A DNA stretch of 64,000 nucleotides from Bacteroidales bacterium. Lineage in GTDB: Bacteria > Bacteroidota > Bacteroidia > Bacteroidales > VadinHA17. Every line of letters starts with the position of its first letter. The stretch's first letter is position 1. Under the pieces are notes generated by a model. It had not been told where the DNA came from, made no database searches, and was given only the letters and a program-made list of their open reading frames with translations. Location of the stretch: contig JAXHLF010000017.1 of assembly GCA_034522515.1 (NCBI GenBank), positions 18,971 through 82,970 of the forward strand, given 5' to 3'. Positions 10,665 through 22,080 of this stretch are shown one piece after another. The translations under genes and the position numbers were made by a program.

Positions 10665-12071
10665 TTATTGAGGCAATGTATAGTATATGGTGAGCATCGG
10701 CCTCATCCTTGCCTCGGGATAATCGCTTGAGGCAAACCGGAAGCCCCGGACCCACTCCCCGGGCCAGAGCCTGAAGAACATACCGTAACCCGGAATGTCC
10801 GGAGCATCCGTTGCCGGATCCTGAACATAGAGTTTCGTGACATCAACCGTTATCATATTGGTATTAAGGATGAAGGGCGATAGATAGATCTGGAATGCCT
10901 CAGTCGTCTTCGGCTGTTCATTCCATGTCACCTTATCCTCCTCCCAGGGCTCAATTATCTTCTGCAACACTCCTCCGCTCCACTGGATGTCTCCTCCTCC
11001 GGCCGGATAGAAAATGGTGCTGTCCCAAACCAGCGGCAGATCATACCAGAGGTTAAGGTCTACCTTCCTGATCGTGGCCGATTTGGGTAATGCATTCATG
11101 TCAAATGATATAAGGCTTTCATTTGAACGCATGACCGTAAGTATTGGCTCTGAAATGAAAGTAGCTTCAAAATACCTGTGTTCACCAAAATTCTTCCCGG
11201 GTTCCAGGTTCGAAATCATGGCATCCTTGCCCACATCAGGACCGGGTTGCAGCACCAATATTTTCCACTGGCCGCTGTCATACGGGATCTTGAGAAAAAG
11301 GGGACTGATCTCTGTTGTTGCCTTCAGTTCGCGTGCCGTGAAAACAAACTTCTGGGGCAGGTATCCATCTTTTTCGAGCAGGAAGGTGTAGTATTCGTAC
11401 CCTCCCCTAATGATCAGATGGTTCACGGAGGCCTCGAGCCTGAACCGGTATCGCCAATCGTTGCCGGCATAGACGGTGAGATCAGCAGTGACACGCTGTG
11501 GCATTGGCGCCATGCTGAGAGGATTGTCAATGATGCAGACGGCGTAGAAATCAAGTGGCTTGATAATCTGACCCCCGAAGCTGATATAGCCGAAATCGCC
11601 CGGTGTGTGACTGCCCACAGCCAGCAGCTCCGGAGAGACAATTGTGGCAGTACCGCCACTGATACTGAATTCCAGGGGCAGGGGATCATTGACAAGATAA
11701 GCCAGCGGAGAGCCTTCAACAGGGGTCGCGGCGATAACCGTGCCAGAGGGGTCAATCAGCATAAACTTTGTAAGGTGGTAGTCTCCTCCAATCATCTCTA
11801 GCTCCTCACTGATATAGCCCGGTCCGAAAAGGTACACCGGAACAAGATGATCAGTAAGGACAGGAGATCCATCAGAGTCTTCAACAGATACCAGCAGATG
11901 GTACGAAACCAGGTCGGTGTCAGCCCAAGCTGACTTTAACTGGCTGGATTGCTCAATCGTGGCGATTGAAAATTTAGCGGTTCCTTTGCTTGTGTCGGAG
12001 TTTTTTTCACAGGAAGAAAATGCAAACACAACAAGCAGGATCAAGGTTAATGATCTCATAAATGTTCTCAT
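10665..12071 (-). CDS. secreted lipoprotein with a C-terminal DNRLRE-like domain
   Basis: Intact ORF. The likely start is MRTFMRSLTLILLVVFAFSSC (lipobox) at 12071. The C-terminus carries SLISFDMNALPKSATIRKVDLNLW ... EEDKVTWNEQP, which matches the DNRLRE-domain signature. Confidence 0.6.
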   Translation of the reverse strand: MRTFMRSLTLILLVVFAFSSCEKNSDTSKGTAKFSIATIEQSSQLKSAWADTDLVSYHLLVSVEDSDGSPVLTDHLVPVYLFGPGYISEELEMIGGDYHLTKFMLIDPSGTVIAATPVEGSPLAYLVNDPLPLEFSISGGTATIVSPELLAVGSHTPGDFGYISFGGQIIKPLDFYAVCIIDNPLSMAPMPQRVTADLTVYAGNDWRYRFRLEASVNHLIIRGGYEYYTFLLEKDGYLPQKFVFTARELKATTEISPLFLKIPYDSGQWKILVLQPGPDVGKDAMISNLEPGKNFGEHRYFEATFISEPILTVMRSNESLISFDMNALPKSATIRKVDLNLWYDLPLVWDSTIFYPAGGGDIQWSGGVLQKIIEPWEEDKVTWNEQPKTTEAFQIYLSPFILNTNMITVDVTKLYVQDPATDAPDIPGYGMFFRLWPGEWVRGFRFASSDYPEARMRPMLTIYYTLPQ

Positions 12072-12172
12072 GTTTCTTCGGTTTAAGTTGAAAAAAAACA
12101 AAGCAATTACCTGATAATGAAGCAAAAATTGTGCCAATTCAGGGTCAGACAAAGAATGTCTGAAGGTCTTCT

Positions 12173-13867
12173 CTACTTATTTTGCTTTGCCCAGGCGTCT
12201 TTCAGTCCCACAGTGCGGTTGAAAACCAGCTTCCCGGGCTGACTGTCATAGTCGACACAGAAGTAGCCTGTCCGCTGGAACTGGACCCTGGTTAGCGGCC
12301 CGGCCTCTGCCAGCGAGGGCTCCACCTTGCATCCGGTCAGGATGGTGAGTGAAGCGGGATTGAGAAATTCCCTGGGATCGATCTCCTTGTGCCCGGAGGG
12401 ATCCTCATCATTGAAGAGCCTGTCGTATAGCCTTACCTCGGCATCGAGAGCATGTGCGGCTGAGACCCAGTGCAGCGTGCCCTTGACCTTGCGGTCCGAC
12501 TGAGGTCCGCCGCTGCGCGTAGCCGGATCATAGGTGCAGTGAACTTCGGTTACCTGGCCTGTTTCATTCTTCTTAAGGCCGGTGCACATGATGATATAGG
12601 CTCCCTTGAGCCGCACCTCCTGCCCCGGGGCGAGACGAAAAAATTTAGGCGGAGGGTTCTCCCAGGAAGTCCTATCTTCTGTATGAAACCTCCTGCTGGA
12701 TGGAACCTTGCCCCGCTTACCGTGGCTCTCGTCCTCGGGATTGTTTTCTATCTCCATCAGCTCGGTGCCGCCTTCAGGATAGTTGGTGATGATGACCTTC
12801 AGGGGCCTTAGCACACCAAAGACGCGTGGCGCACGCTTGTTGAGGTCTTCCCTGATGGCGTACTCCAGCAGTGAGACGTCATTTATGGCCTCGACCTTGG
12901 TGTAACCTATGAGGTCAACAAAACGCCTGATCGACTCCGGGGTATATCCCCTGCGCCGCAGTCCGCACAGTGTGGGCATGCGCGGGTCATCCCAGCCCAT
13001 CACAACGCCGTCCTTCACCAGCTCAAGAAGCTTGCGCTTGCTCATAACCGTAAAGGTGAGGTTGAGGCGATTAAACTCTATCTGTCGCGGACGGTAGTCA
13101 TCCGTTTTGAGCTGATCGATGAACCAGTCGTACAGCGGCCGGTGCACCTCGAACTCAAGGGTGCAGAGGGAGTGGGTTATCCCTTCGAAGTAATCGCTCT
13201 GCCCGTGTGCGAAGTCGTACATGGGGTATACCTTCCATTTTGTTCCGGTACGGTGATGCGGGATCATGAGAATACGATAGATGATGGGATCACGCATGTG
13301 CATGTTGGGGGAGGCCATGTCAATGCGGGCCCTGAGTACGCGGCTGCCCTCCTCAAACTCACCTTCATTCATGCGGTGGAAGAGGTCGAGGTTCTCCTTC
13401 TGCTGCGGTTACGGTAGGGACTGGCTATGCCCGGCTGTGTGGTGGTGCCCTTCTGTTCCGAGATTGTCTCGGCACTCTGGTCGTCAACATAGGCCAGGCC
13501 GCGTTTGATGAGCGACACGGCAAAGTCATAAAGTCTGCCAAAATAGTCCGAGGCATAATATTCACGGTCCTCCCAGGTGAACCCCAGCCACTGTATGTCC
13601 TCTTTGATGGAATCGACATACTCTACGTCCTCCTTGGTGGGATTGGTGTCATCAAACCGGAGGTTGCATTTGCCTCCGTACTTCTGGGCCATCCCGAAAT
13701 CGAGACAGATGGCTTTTGCATGTCCGATATGAAGGTAACCATTGGGTTCGGGCGGGAAACGGGTCTGCACGCGGCCACCGTTCTTGCCTTCACTCAGGTC
13801 CTTTTCAATAGCTTGCTCTATAAAGTGCTGTGATTCAGGCTTTGATATCTCTTCGGATTCTTTTCAT
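12173..13867 (-). CDS. glnS: glutamine--tRNA ligase, frameshifted at least twice
   Basis: Class I HIGH motif ([17 protein letters not shown]) in 13369..13770 and VMSKRKL (KMSKS) in 12173..13372. The frames join near 13400 (...YRNRS / [16 protein letters not shown]). The ATG at 13867 is out of frame with ...[20 protein letters not shown]. Confidence 0.9.
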
Positions 13868-13999
13868 CGGTCGCTAAAATGAGATTACAAAAATCAGGAG
13901 ATTCCGGGGGACATAGTGCATGGAGAGGACAATTTATTGAAGAGGCAGACGGTTGTTCTGCAGATTACGGCCTCAGGACGACAGCAGGGAGAAGCACTC

Positions 14000-14350
14000 C
14001 TACCTGGTCAGTTCCACACTCACCCTGCCAATGCGGCCCCCCATCACGGGATTTAACTTGGAGACCTTCACTGTTGCTTTATTGATGCCGGTCAGCTCGC
14101 TGTAAAGGGCATCAAGTATGCGGGTGGCAATATGTTCGAGAAGATTTGAGGTGGTCTCCATCTCCCTCTTAACCACAAGGTATGCCGTCTGATAATTAAG
14201 CGTGTCACGCAGCTCGTCACTCTTCCCCGCCCTGTCGGTATCAGTCTCAATGGTCACATCAACCAGGAAGTGATTACCCACTATCTGCTCCTCGCGATAG
14301 TGCCCATGAAAGGCGTAAAATTCCATATCCTCAATCCTGATCAGTCCCAT
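14000..14350 (-). CDS. folB: dihydroneopterin aldolase
   Basis: Intact 116 aa. IEDMEFYAFHGHYREEQIVGNHFLVDV is the typical FolB N-terminus. Confidence 0.8.
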   Translation of the reverse strand: MGLIRIEDMEFYAFHGHYREEQIVGNHFLVDVTIETDTDRAGKSDELRDTLNYQTAYLVVKREMETTSNLLEHIATRILDALYSELTGINKATVKVSKLNPVMGGRIGRVSVELTR

Positions 14351-14461
14351 TATTTTTTCGTTTGAATGTTATATGAATCAGTTAATCAATAATATACGGC
14401 ATAAAATGAAATTATACGAAAAATTTCTATAAAACAATTAGGTTTATAATGTAAACTAGTT

Positions 14462-14469
14462 TATATTTG
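14462..14469 (+). promoter_or_regulatory. candidate Bacteroidota -7 promoter box (TAnnTTTG)
   Basis: TATATTTG at 14462-14469, 46 nt upstream of the ATG at 14515, in an AT-rich divergent intergenic region. Confidence 0.35.
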
Positions 14470-14514
14470 CTGAATGAAATTCTTTTAATAGACAATGTAA
14501 AAGTAACAAAAGCC

Positions 14515-15138
14515 ATGGAAAATGAAGAAAAAGTGATGACCGGGGAGGAGAGCCTCAGGGTCATCGATGAAATGATCAACAAGACAAGGGTCAGCATCTC
14601 GCAGAGCAGTTTTCACCTGCTTTTCTGGGGATGGCTGATATTTGCATGCAGCCTGTCGGAGTTTCTTCTCTGGAAGCTTGCAGACTGGACCAACTCCTGG
14701 TATGTCTGGCTGTGTGTCATCCCTGGGGTGTTTGTCTCGATGATCTACGGGTTTGTCAGGGGGAAGCAAGAAAAGATATTCACATACGGGACAGCCATTC
14801 ATGTCTGGACGTGGATGTCGTTTCTGGTCTCTTCGGTAATATTTTTTATTGTCTACCCGCTGGAGACCGGTAACATAGGCAAATTTATGCTGCTTCTGGC
14901 TGCTATGCCTCTGTTTATCTCCGGGGCAGTACTCAAATTCAGGCCACTTATGTGGGGTGCCCTCTCCTTCTGGGTATTGGCGCTGGCAGCCCATTTTGGC
15001 GGGCAGACGGTATCCGGACTGGCGATGCCGGTGGCTATGATCACAGGTTATCTGATTCCAGGTTATTTGCTCAGGAAAGGGGCAGCCATGACACCTTCAG
15101 GGAGCTTGATCCGTTGCTGCATTCGCAGCTCAGACTAG
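14515..15138 (+). CDS. integral membrane protein (about 5-6 TM); 3' boundary uncertain
   Basis: Hydrophobic ORF. The ATG at 14515 is preferred over the TTG at 14467 used by the ORF track. Its 3' end overlaps the regulator gene, and an indel near 15090 makes the true stop uncertain. Confidence 0.5.
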   Translation: MENEEKVMTGEESLRVIDEMINKTRVSISQSSFHLLFWGWLIFACSLSEFLLWKLADWTNSWYVWLCVIPGVFVSMIYGFVRGKQEKIFTYGTAIHVWTWMSFLVSSVIFFIVYPLETGNIGKFMLLLAAMPLFISGAVLKFRPLMWGALSFWVLALAAHFGGQTVSGLAMPVAMITGYLIPGYLLRKGAAMTPSGSLIRCCIRSSD

Positions 15139-15380
15139 CCATAATGTCAATTCTCATCAGCGTTGACAGGGCTGAGTTTACCTATCTCCGTGAGAAGACC
15201 GAAGCGACAGCGGGCAACCTGAGCGTGCAGATAGGTAAACTAAAGGAAGCGGGATATATCTCCGTAAGCAAGAGTTTCGGGGAGAGTTACCCGCAGACGA
15301 TGTGCGCTATAACCGAACTAGGACGGCAAAAATTTTCCGAATATGTGGCAGCGATAGGGGATTATTTAAAAAGTCCGTAA
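15088..15380 (+). CDS. small winged-helix transcriptional regulator, start displaced by an indel
   Basis: ...DTFRELDPLLHSQLRLAIMSILISVDRAEFTYLREKTEATAGNLSVQIGKLKEAGYI is a typical ~95-aa wHTH regulator usually paired with a membrane protein. The ATG at 15088 comes into frame if atgaca is read as atggaca. Confidence 0.6.
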
Positions 15381-15589
15381 AGTTTGTCTAGTACGTGAAG
15401 TCCGTAAAATCAAAAGACTGAAGGTTCCGAAACACCTCTTTATCGGGGTTTCGTCTTCGCCAAATGGCAGATCCATAATCTGAAGGACATAACCTCATGC
15501 AGCCCTGCAGGCATGCGATCATCAACTCTGTGGCAATCTTCCGATGTGGGGATCATATAACAGTGTACCGTAATCACACAAATTGAATA

Positions 15590-15925
15590 TCACCTGTTCC
15601 TGATTAAGCTTCTAAGGAGTCCTTCGAGTTCTAGTATACTTTCTGAAGCAGTTTTCCAGACGATATCCGTATCAACATCTATTTAGTCATGAATAAGAAT
15701 ATCTCTCATGCCTGCCATATCTGACCATGGCACCTGAGGATAATTATCTCTAAACTCTCTGGATATCCTTTTGGTTGCTTCCCCTATTATTTCAAGTTGG
15801 CGTACAACCGCATCCTGTGTTAAGAAGTCTTGTGAAAAGAATTGATAATCTTTACCTTCGAGGTAGGAATTTATTCTGTCAATACTCTTAAAAATATGGT
15901 CTATATAGATGTTGTCATCTTTCAT
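15590..15925 (-). CDS. hepT: HepT-like (DUF86, HEPN) toxin, frameshifted after the Rx4H motif
   Basis: ORF 15683..15925 ends ...GMRDILIHD. The expected C-terminus (VDVDTDIVWKTASESILELEGLLRSLIRNR) continues in another frame to the stop at 15590. There is a 4-bp overlap with the upstream nucleotidyltransferase. Confidence 0.75.
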
Positions 15926-16209
15926 TCATAAATGACTTTTAGATCATTATAAATGTAGGTTTTAAGTCTTTCATTTTTCAATGAAGCTTCAGTTACCAGA
16001 TCAATCTCTCTGCCCAGAATCTGAGATAGTTCTCTGTGTATTTTTGCAAGATCAAGCAGGGAAATTGTTTTTCGGAATTTAACAAGAATATCTATATCGC
16101 TTGCGGGCGTATGTTCTCTTCTGGCAAAAGAGCCAAAAATCCCGATCCTCTCGGGATTATATGGTCTGAGATAATTTATAATACTGGTATTTATTTCATT
16201 ATAATCCAT
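15922..16209 (-). CDS. mntA: MntA-type nucleotidyltransferase antitoxin
   Basis: Intact 95 aa with the GIFGSFARREHTPASDIDILV minimal nucleotidyltransferase motif (GS...DxD). Confidence 0.8.
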   Translation of the reverse strand: MDYNEINTSIINYLRPYNPERIGIFGSFARREHTPASDIDILVKFRKTISLLDLAKIHRELSQILGREIDLVTEASLKNERLKTYIYNDLKVIYE

Positions 16210-16304
16210 GGCAATACAAATATAATATATTTAAGTTTCGCAATAAAAATTCAGGCCGATTGCTCCTTGTTCAGCCTTTAAAAATTGATATATTTTTTGA
16301 ACAT

Positions 16305-17573
16305 TTATCTCCGGGTAATCAGTGCATCAAGGGCCCGTTCATCAACGGTTTCATCGGTTTCGGCATCGGATTCTTCAGTGGTTCCGCTGAACCCCAGTCC
16401 GCTGCCCTGACCTATTGTCCAGTACCGGGGCTTTGTAATCCGGCCCTCCTTTAACAGGGCACCGCGCTGCATCAAAGGATGGATCGAGGTCGATGAAGTC
16501 AAAACCTCCCACACCGGCAGCAAAGTGAACTGCACATGCCAGTCCCAGGTTTGTCTCAACCATACAGCCAATCATGAGTTTAAGGTTGGCGCTGCGTGCA
16601 ATTGCCAGCAATATCAAGTGACTCTATAATACATGACTTCATCAGCTTTATGTTGATGACATCAGCGCAACCCGTCCGCACAATGTCGATGGCATCAGCA
16701 GCTGTGAATACCGATTCATCGGCACCAATCAGGATCTCGGTGTTGTCTCTCACATATTTCATCCCGACAAGGTCGGTCTTCAGAACAGGCTGCTCAAACA
16801 TTACCGGGTAGATGCCGTGGTTAACCACCTCATTGATGAAACGCAACGCGGTTTTGGGGTTGTAGCCCTGGTTGGCATCTATCAGGATCCCGCATTGAGG
16901 GGCTCCGTCTCTTATTGCCAGCACCCGGTCAATGTCATCCTTCAGTGTGGTCCCCACTTTTGTCTTTATGAGCCTGAACTCCCTCAGCCGCAAGTTGTAT
17001 CGCCTGCTTCTTTGCTTCTTCCGCAGGAACTATAGAAATAGTGTAATCAGTCTCTATCCTGTTTTCAGTTCCTCCCAGGAAACGGTATAAAGGAATCCCC
17101 AGGGTTTTGGTGTATGCGTCAAGCAGAGCCATCTCGATGGCGCACCTTGCCGCCGACTGGGCCCAGAAAGCACTCTTCAGGGTGTAGGCGATTGACCTGT
17201 AGCAGTTAATATCCTGGCCGACAATAAACTCCCTGCAACTGTTCAGGGTACCAAGGATGGTTGCCTGGTTCTCACCGTTAATCTGTATGATGGGTGCGGC
17301 TTCCCCATAACCTTCTATGCCATTCTCAAGAACAATCGTAACAAGGGCATTGTCAACCTGGGTCATTACACCCAGTGAAATATGAAATGGTTCATCCAGC
17401 TTGATAGTAACAGGCTCAATGAACATCGCGGTGATCTTTATGGCTTGCAGTCCTCCCTGACTGCCAGAGTTTTTGCCTTTGTCCGGCATGATGCCGGCTC
17501 CCAGTGCGGAGACAGTTGCCAAACCTCCCGCGGTTAACCCGCCTTTTTTAATAAAAGCTCTCCTGGTACTCAT
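16305..17573 (-). CDS. enolase-superfamily dipeptide epimerase with a Tat signal; at least 3 frameshifts
   Basis: Fragments 16935..17573, 16580..16993, 16375..16617 and 16305..16571 together rebuild the capping and barrel domains (IKTKVG, ILIDANQGY, IEQP-like FEQP, DESV, NIKLMK, MVET). The N-terminus is MSTRRAFIKKGGLTAGGLATV. Confidence 0.7.
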
Positions 17574-17700
17574 TTTCGGATAAATTTTAACTGGTGCTTA
17601 AAATTAATCTTTTCCGTGTAGAGTTCTGCCCGGGAAAGCGTTTACTTTTTCATTTGCATTCAGGGCCTGATACAATCCATGGCACAGGGGAAGAATTCAG

Positions 17701-19441
17701 TCAGGGCCTCATGCTGTCCATTGCTCCCAGGACGAATACCAGCGGCGCATTCCAGTTGATTGCTATCTCATTGGTGGAGTAGCTGCACTCACTGTCGGTG
17801 TACGATTTGGCCGGGAAGGTGGAACGGTTAGCCGTCGGAGGACAGTCGGTCAGTACCACAGTGTTCGGCCCGCCGACAAGGAATCCGGGCACAGGCTCAG
17901 GCACACCGTCGGCGCCCGACGGTCGGTGATGAATGTTCATCGGCGAAAGGGTTCCGAAACCGGTCACAAAGCAATAACCGGTAGGATTGGTACCCAGGAG
18001 CCAGTTGACATCAGCCTGAACAGAGGGCAGATATTTATTGTCACCCGTCAGTTTCATGGCGATGAGCTTCAGCATTGCCTGATTCGCAACATCAGAGGCG
18101 CTTCCCCATGCAAACCAGTCGAGGCTGATACGGTATGGCGAGCTCGCCGATTTCTTAAGGAGCCCATCTGCATAGTCAACAAGAAGCGCCTTTGAAGTCT
18201 CGCGAAGTTCACTGAATGATTCTGCATCAGAAAGCGCAAGCGAAATCAAACCCAGGGTTGCAGACTGATTCCAGGTGGGTGTGCCGGCACTGATGCCAGA
18301 AAGGAAATCATCCCCCGGGATAATTCCCCTTGCCAGCGCCAGCTCGGCTTTGGCCCAGAAGAGCTCGTCAGTGAGATTATCGTCGCCATAAGCACCGGTA
18401 GAGATGTCCTTTGGCTGTATGTAAATTTTATCAGGATTAGCTTCAGCCCATTTCATTGCTCTGGCGGAGGCCTCAAGGCAGACTGCAGAAAGCGCCTTCA
18501 GCTCGTCCGAAGGATCGCTAGCAAACAGGCGCCCGGCCATTGCCGTCACTGCTGCAAAATCAAGCGCTGCAGCTGTGCTCTTTTGAACCACATAACGGGG
18601 CTGCGTAGCCTCGTGAGGCATCTCGAAACCGTAGAAATTGTCATTGGTCAGCTTGTGGTAGACTCCGCCGTCAGCCGGGTCCTGCATGGTAAGGTACCAT
18701 CTCAGGTTCCATAACAGCTCATCAACCAGGTCGGGGATATCGTTCCCGCTCTCGGGTATGTTCAGCTCAAGCGACCTGCAGTAAACGGGGAAGAGCTGGT
18801 AAAAGAGCAACAGGGTGTAGTTGGTGATGCTGCTGTTGACGATGTACTTGTTGTAGTCGCCTGCATCATACCAGCCCCCGGGACTTGAGATGATGGTTCC
18901 TTCAGGCCTTCCGGCCGAAGCAGCAGATTTATGCACTATGACGGCTGTGTCCGGATGGCCGGCGGGTCGCGCCCATTTCGAGCCGAATTCTTCTGTGATC
19001 TCAAAGCCGGAACGGTTCAGGTAGTAAGACTTCACCGAAGCTTTGGCAATCTGGTTATAAACATCAGCGGCAATCCGGAAATCACCGGAACAACTCTCTG
19101 TCCCGGCAAGGCAAAGCCTGTAGGTCCCGGGGGTCACAAGCGCGGTAAAGTCCGCAGCACGGACCGTGTCGCCAGAAAACTCCCAGTACCGTGGCTCGCC
19201 GGCCGGCCCGTTGAAGACGACCTTACCGGTCACTGCATCGATGATCTCAAACTCCTCTGCCCCTGAACGTATCAGTGCCACCTTCTCAGCATCCGGCAGA
19301 TAACCCACCTGGTTGACAAGGATCATTTCGGTTGCGGCCGAGGCCTCAAGCCTCGACTTTTTCTGTGCTGAACTGCTGCACGCCTGATGTTGCCAGCACA
19401 GCGAGGGCCATGAATACGGGAATAACCGGAATCGGTCTCAT
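17701..19441 (-). CDS. GH9 endoglucanase with an N-terminal Ig-like domain; one frameshift near the 5' end
   Basis: ILVNQVGYLPDAEKVAL (CelD_N-like), GGWYDAGDYNKY and GGPN motifs. The signal peptide MRPIPVIPVFMALAVLATSG starts at 19441 in another frame. Confidence 0.8.
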
Positions 19442-19550
19442 AGCTTTAGATTGTTTCTTTGAAATTATGGTCTGTATCATTGCTTTACATTGTTGCTTTG
19501 ACATTATGTTATGTCTCATAGCTTTACATTGTTACTTTGACATTATAGGT
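19439..19550. repeat. 39-bp tandem repeat, about 3 copies, spanning the GH94 stop and the GH9 start
   Basis: Copies at 19439-19477, 19478-19516 and 19517-19550 (catagctttacattgttactttgacattat...). Each copy holds the reverse complement of a stop codon and of an ATG. Confidence 0.85.
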
Positions 19551-21946
19551 TCCTTCCGGGAACACGGGGATCAGAGAGGAATCGATCTTCTTCCCGTCGA
19601 CAGTTATCTCCCACACACCCTTGGATTTATGTTCCAGACTTCTGACTGATCTATCAATGCGCCCTTTGAATCTCGCTGACGACATAAACCCCGCTACCCA
19701 TTCCGGGGGTATGCATGGATCGATCAGCAAGCCGTCATACTCGGGCCTTATGCCCAGAATATACTGCGTGACGGCATAGAGGCACCATGATGCGGTACCT
19801 GTCAGCCAGCTGTTCTTCGCCTCCCCGGGTCTGAAGGCATCCTTTCCCGCTATCATCTGCGAATATACATAAGGCTCCGTTTTGTGAAGATCGCTTATCT
19901 CCTCAAGGTATGACGGAGTGATGCGGGTGTAGTAGTCAAAGGCCCTGTGTCCGTTGCCCGTCAAAGTCTCAGAAATGATTATCCAGGGATTGTTGTGGCA
20001 GAATACGCCGGCGTTTTCCTTGTATCCCTCCGGATAGCTGGATATCTCACCAAGCTGCATATAGTACTTCGTAAAGGCCGGGTTGTGAGGACTATCCCAT
20101 ATTCGCAAGCCAGGTGCTGGTTGACGGAAGTAAGCGCCTGCAATGCCCTGCCGTCCTCAAGTCCGATGCCTGCCATGACGCACATGCCCTGTGACTCGAT
20201 AAAAATCTTACCCTCCTCGTTCTCCCTGCTGCCCACCTTCCTTCCGTAGAAGTCGTATGCACGCAGGAACCACTCACCGTCCCAGCCGTGACTGTCAACG
20301 GCTTTCACCATTTGACGGATGTGCTCCTGCGCCTCATCTGCCAGTGCTGCCTCGCCTCTCTTACGGGCGATGGTGACGAAATCGGCACCGTAAAGCACGA
20401 ACATGGCGGCGATGAACACCGACTCCGCCTGCCCGTCCTTGATCTCGTCATCGAAGCTACGTGGATTCGGTCAGGAGCGGTTTCAGGTCAGCCAGTCATT
20501 CCCAGTCGGCCGTCCTATCAGAGGAAGCCGGTGTGGCCCCAGGTGGTTGACGACGTGCCAGAATGAACGCTTCAGGTGCTCAAAGAGGCTTGCGGCGTTT
20601 CCCGTGTCGTTATTAAACGGCACAACCTCATCAAGTATCGACCAGTCGCCTGTCTCCTTGAGGTAATTTGCCACTCCGAATATCAGCCACACCGGGTCAT
20701 CGTTGAAGTTGCCGCCTATCTCGGCATTGCCTCTCTTGGTCAGGGGCTGATACTGATGGTATGCACTGCCGTCATCAAACTGCGTGGAGGCAATGTCAAT
20801 GATCCTCTCCCTGGCCTGCGGCGCAATCATCTGAACGTAGCCTACAAGATCCTGGTTAGAGTCGCGGAAACCCATCCCTCGCCCAATGCCTGATTCGGAA
20901 TCTTGCAGCCTCCGGAGCATGTACTGGTGACCATGCACTGGTAGGGGTTCCAGATATTGACCATGCGGGAGAGGCGCGGGTCGGGATGATCAAGGGTGAT
21001 GGCCGACAGTTGCCTGTCCCAGTACTCCTTCAGTTCCCTGAAAGCCTCATCCACCTTTTGATCGGTATCGTATCTTCCGATCATCGCCTTCGCCCTCACC
21101 TTGTTTATCACTTTGGGTGCGATGAACTTTTCATTGTCAGGGTTTTCAACGTAACCCAGGACGAATACGAAGTTCTTCTCTTCTCCCGGTTCCAGGTCGA
21201 CCTCAATGCAATGGGATGCCACGGGCGACCAGCCGTGCGCAATGCTGTTGCGGGGCTTGCCGGAGAAGACGGTATCAGGATGGTCAAAGCCGTTATACAT
21301 ACCAAGGAACGCCTCCCTGTCGGTGTCGAAACCGGCCACGCGACTGTTCACCGAATGGAAGGCATAGTGGTTGCGGCGTTCGCGGTATTCAGTCTCTGCT
21401 GATAGATCGACGCCATCTTCAACCTCCACCTCGCCGATTGAGAAGTTACGCTGGAAGTTAGTCTGATCGTCGTGTGCGTTCCAGAGGCACCACTCAACAA
21501 ATGAGAAGAGGCGGAAGCGCTTCGCCAGCTTACCGGTGTTGTTCAGCCTGATGCGCTGAACCTCGCAGGTGTCACCCACAGGAACGAAGAGTAGCATCTC
21601 AGCGCGAAGGTTATCCTTCTCTGCTCCTATAATAGGCGTAACCCAACCCATGGCGGCAGGAGTAGTCTTCGACTTCAGCTTTGACAGGCTTCCATCCCGG
21701 AGACCATACTGATCCGTTATCATTGATATAGAAGTATTTGCCTCCGTCATCCAGGGGTACGTTATTGTACCTGAAACGAGTCAGCCTGCGCAGCCTGGCA
21801 TCGCGGTAGAAGCTGTATCCGCCGGCCGTGTTCGAGATGATCGAGAAGAAGTCCTTGTTGCCGAGATAGTTTATCCACGGGTAGGGTGTTTTGTACTGTG
21901 TGATGACATACTCTCTTCTGTTGTCATCGAAGTGTCCGTATTTCAT
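19524..21946 (-). CDS. GH94 cellobiose/cellodextrin phosphorylase; about 4 frameshifts
   Basis: The N-terminus [29 protein letters not shown] is diagnostic. Five consecutive fragments (21611..21946, 20842..21750, 20483..20938, 19979..20419, 19524..20108) tile a protein of about 800 aa. Confidence 0.85.
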
Positions 21947-22080
21947 GGTTTCTCCGTTTCAGTCTTTTAGTTTATTCCACCAGGTGAATTTCAGGATGAT
22001 GGTAGTCGTCTACCATCACATCCGCTGCCACATAGAACTGGCGTCCATTCGCGCAGGACGAGGAACACCGGCGTTGGCCA

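Noticed and set aside
13879-14085. 68-aa plus-strand ORF between glnS and folB
   Set aside because: It overlaps the folB 3' end antisense and the glnS upstream region. Its composition is not protein-like and it has no start context.
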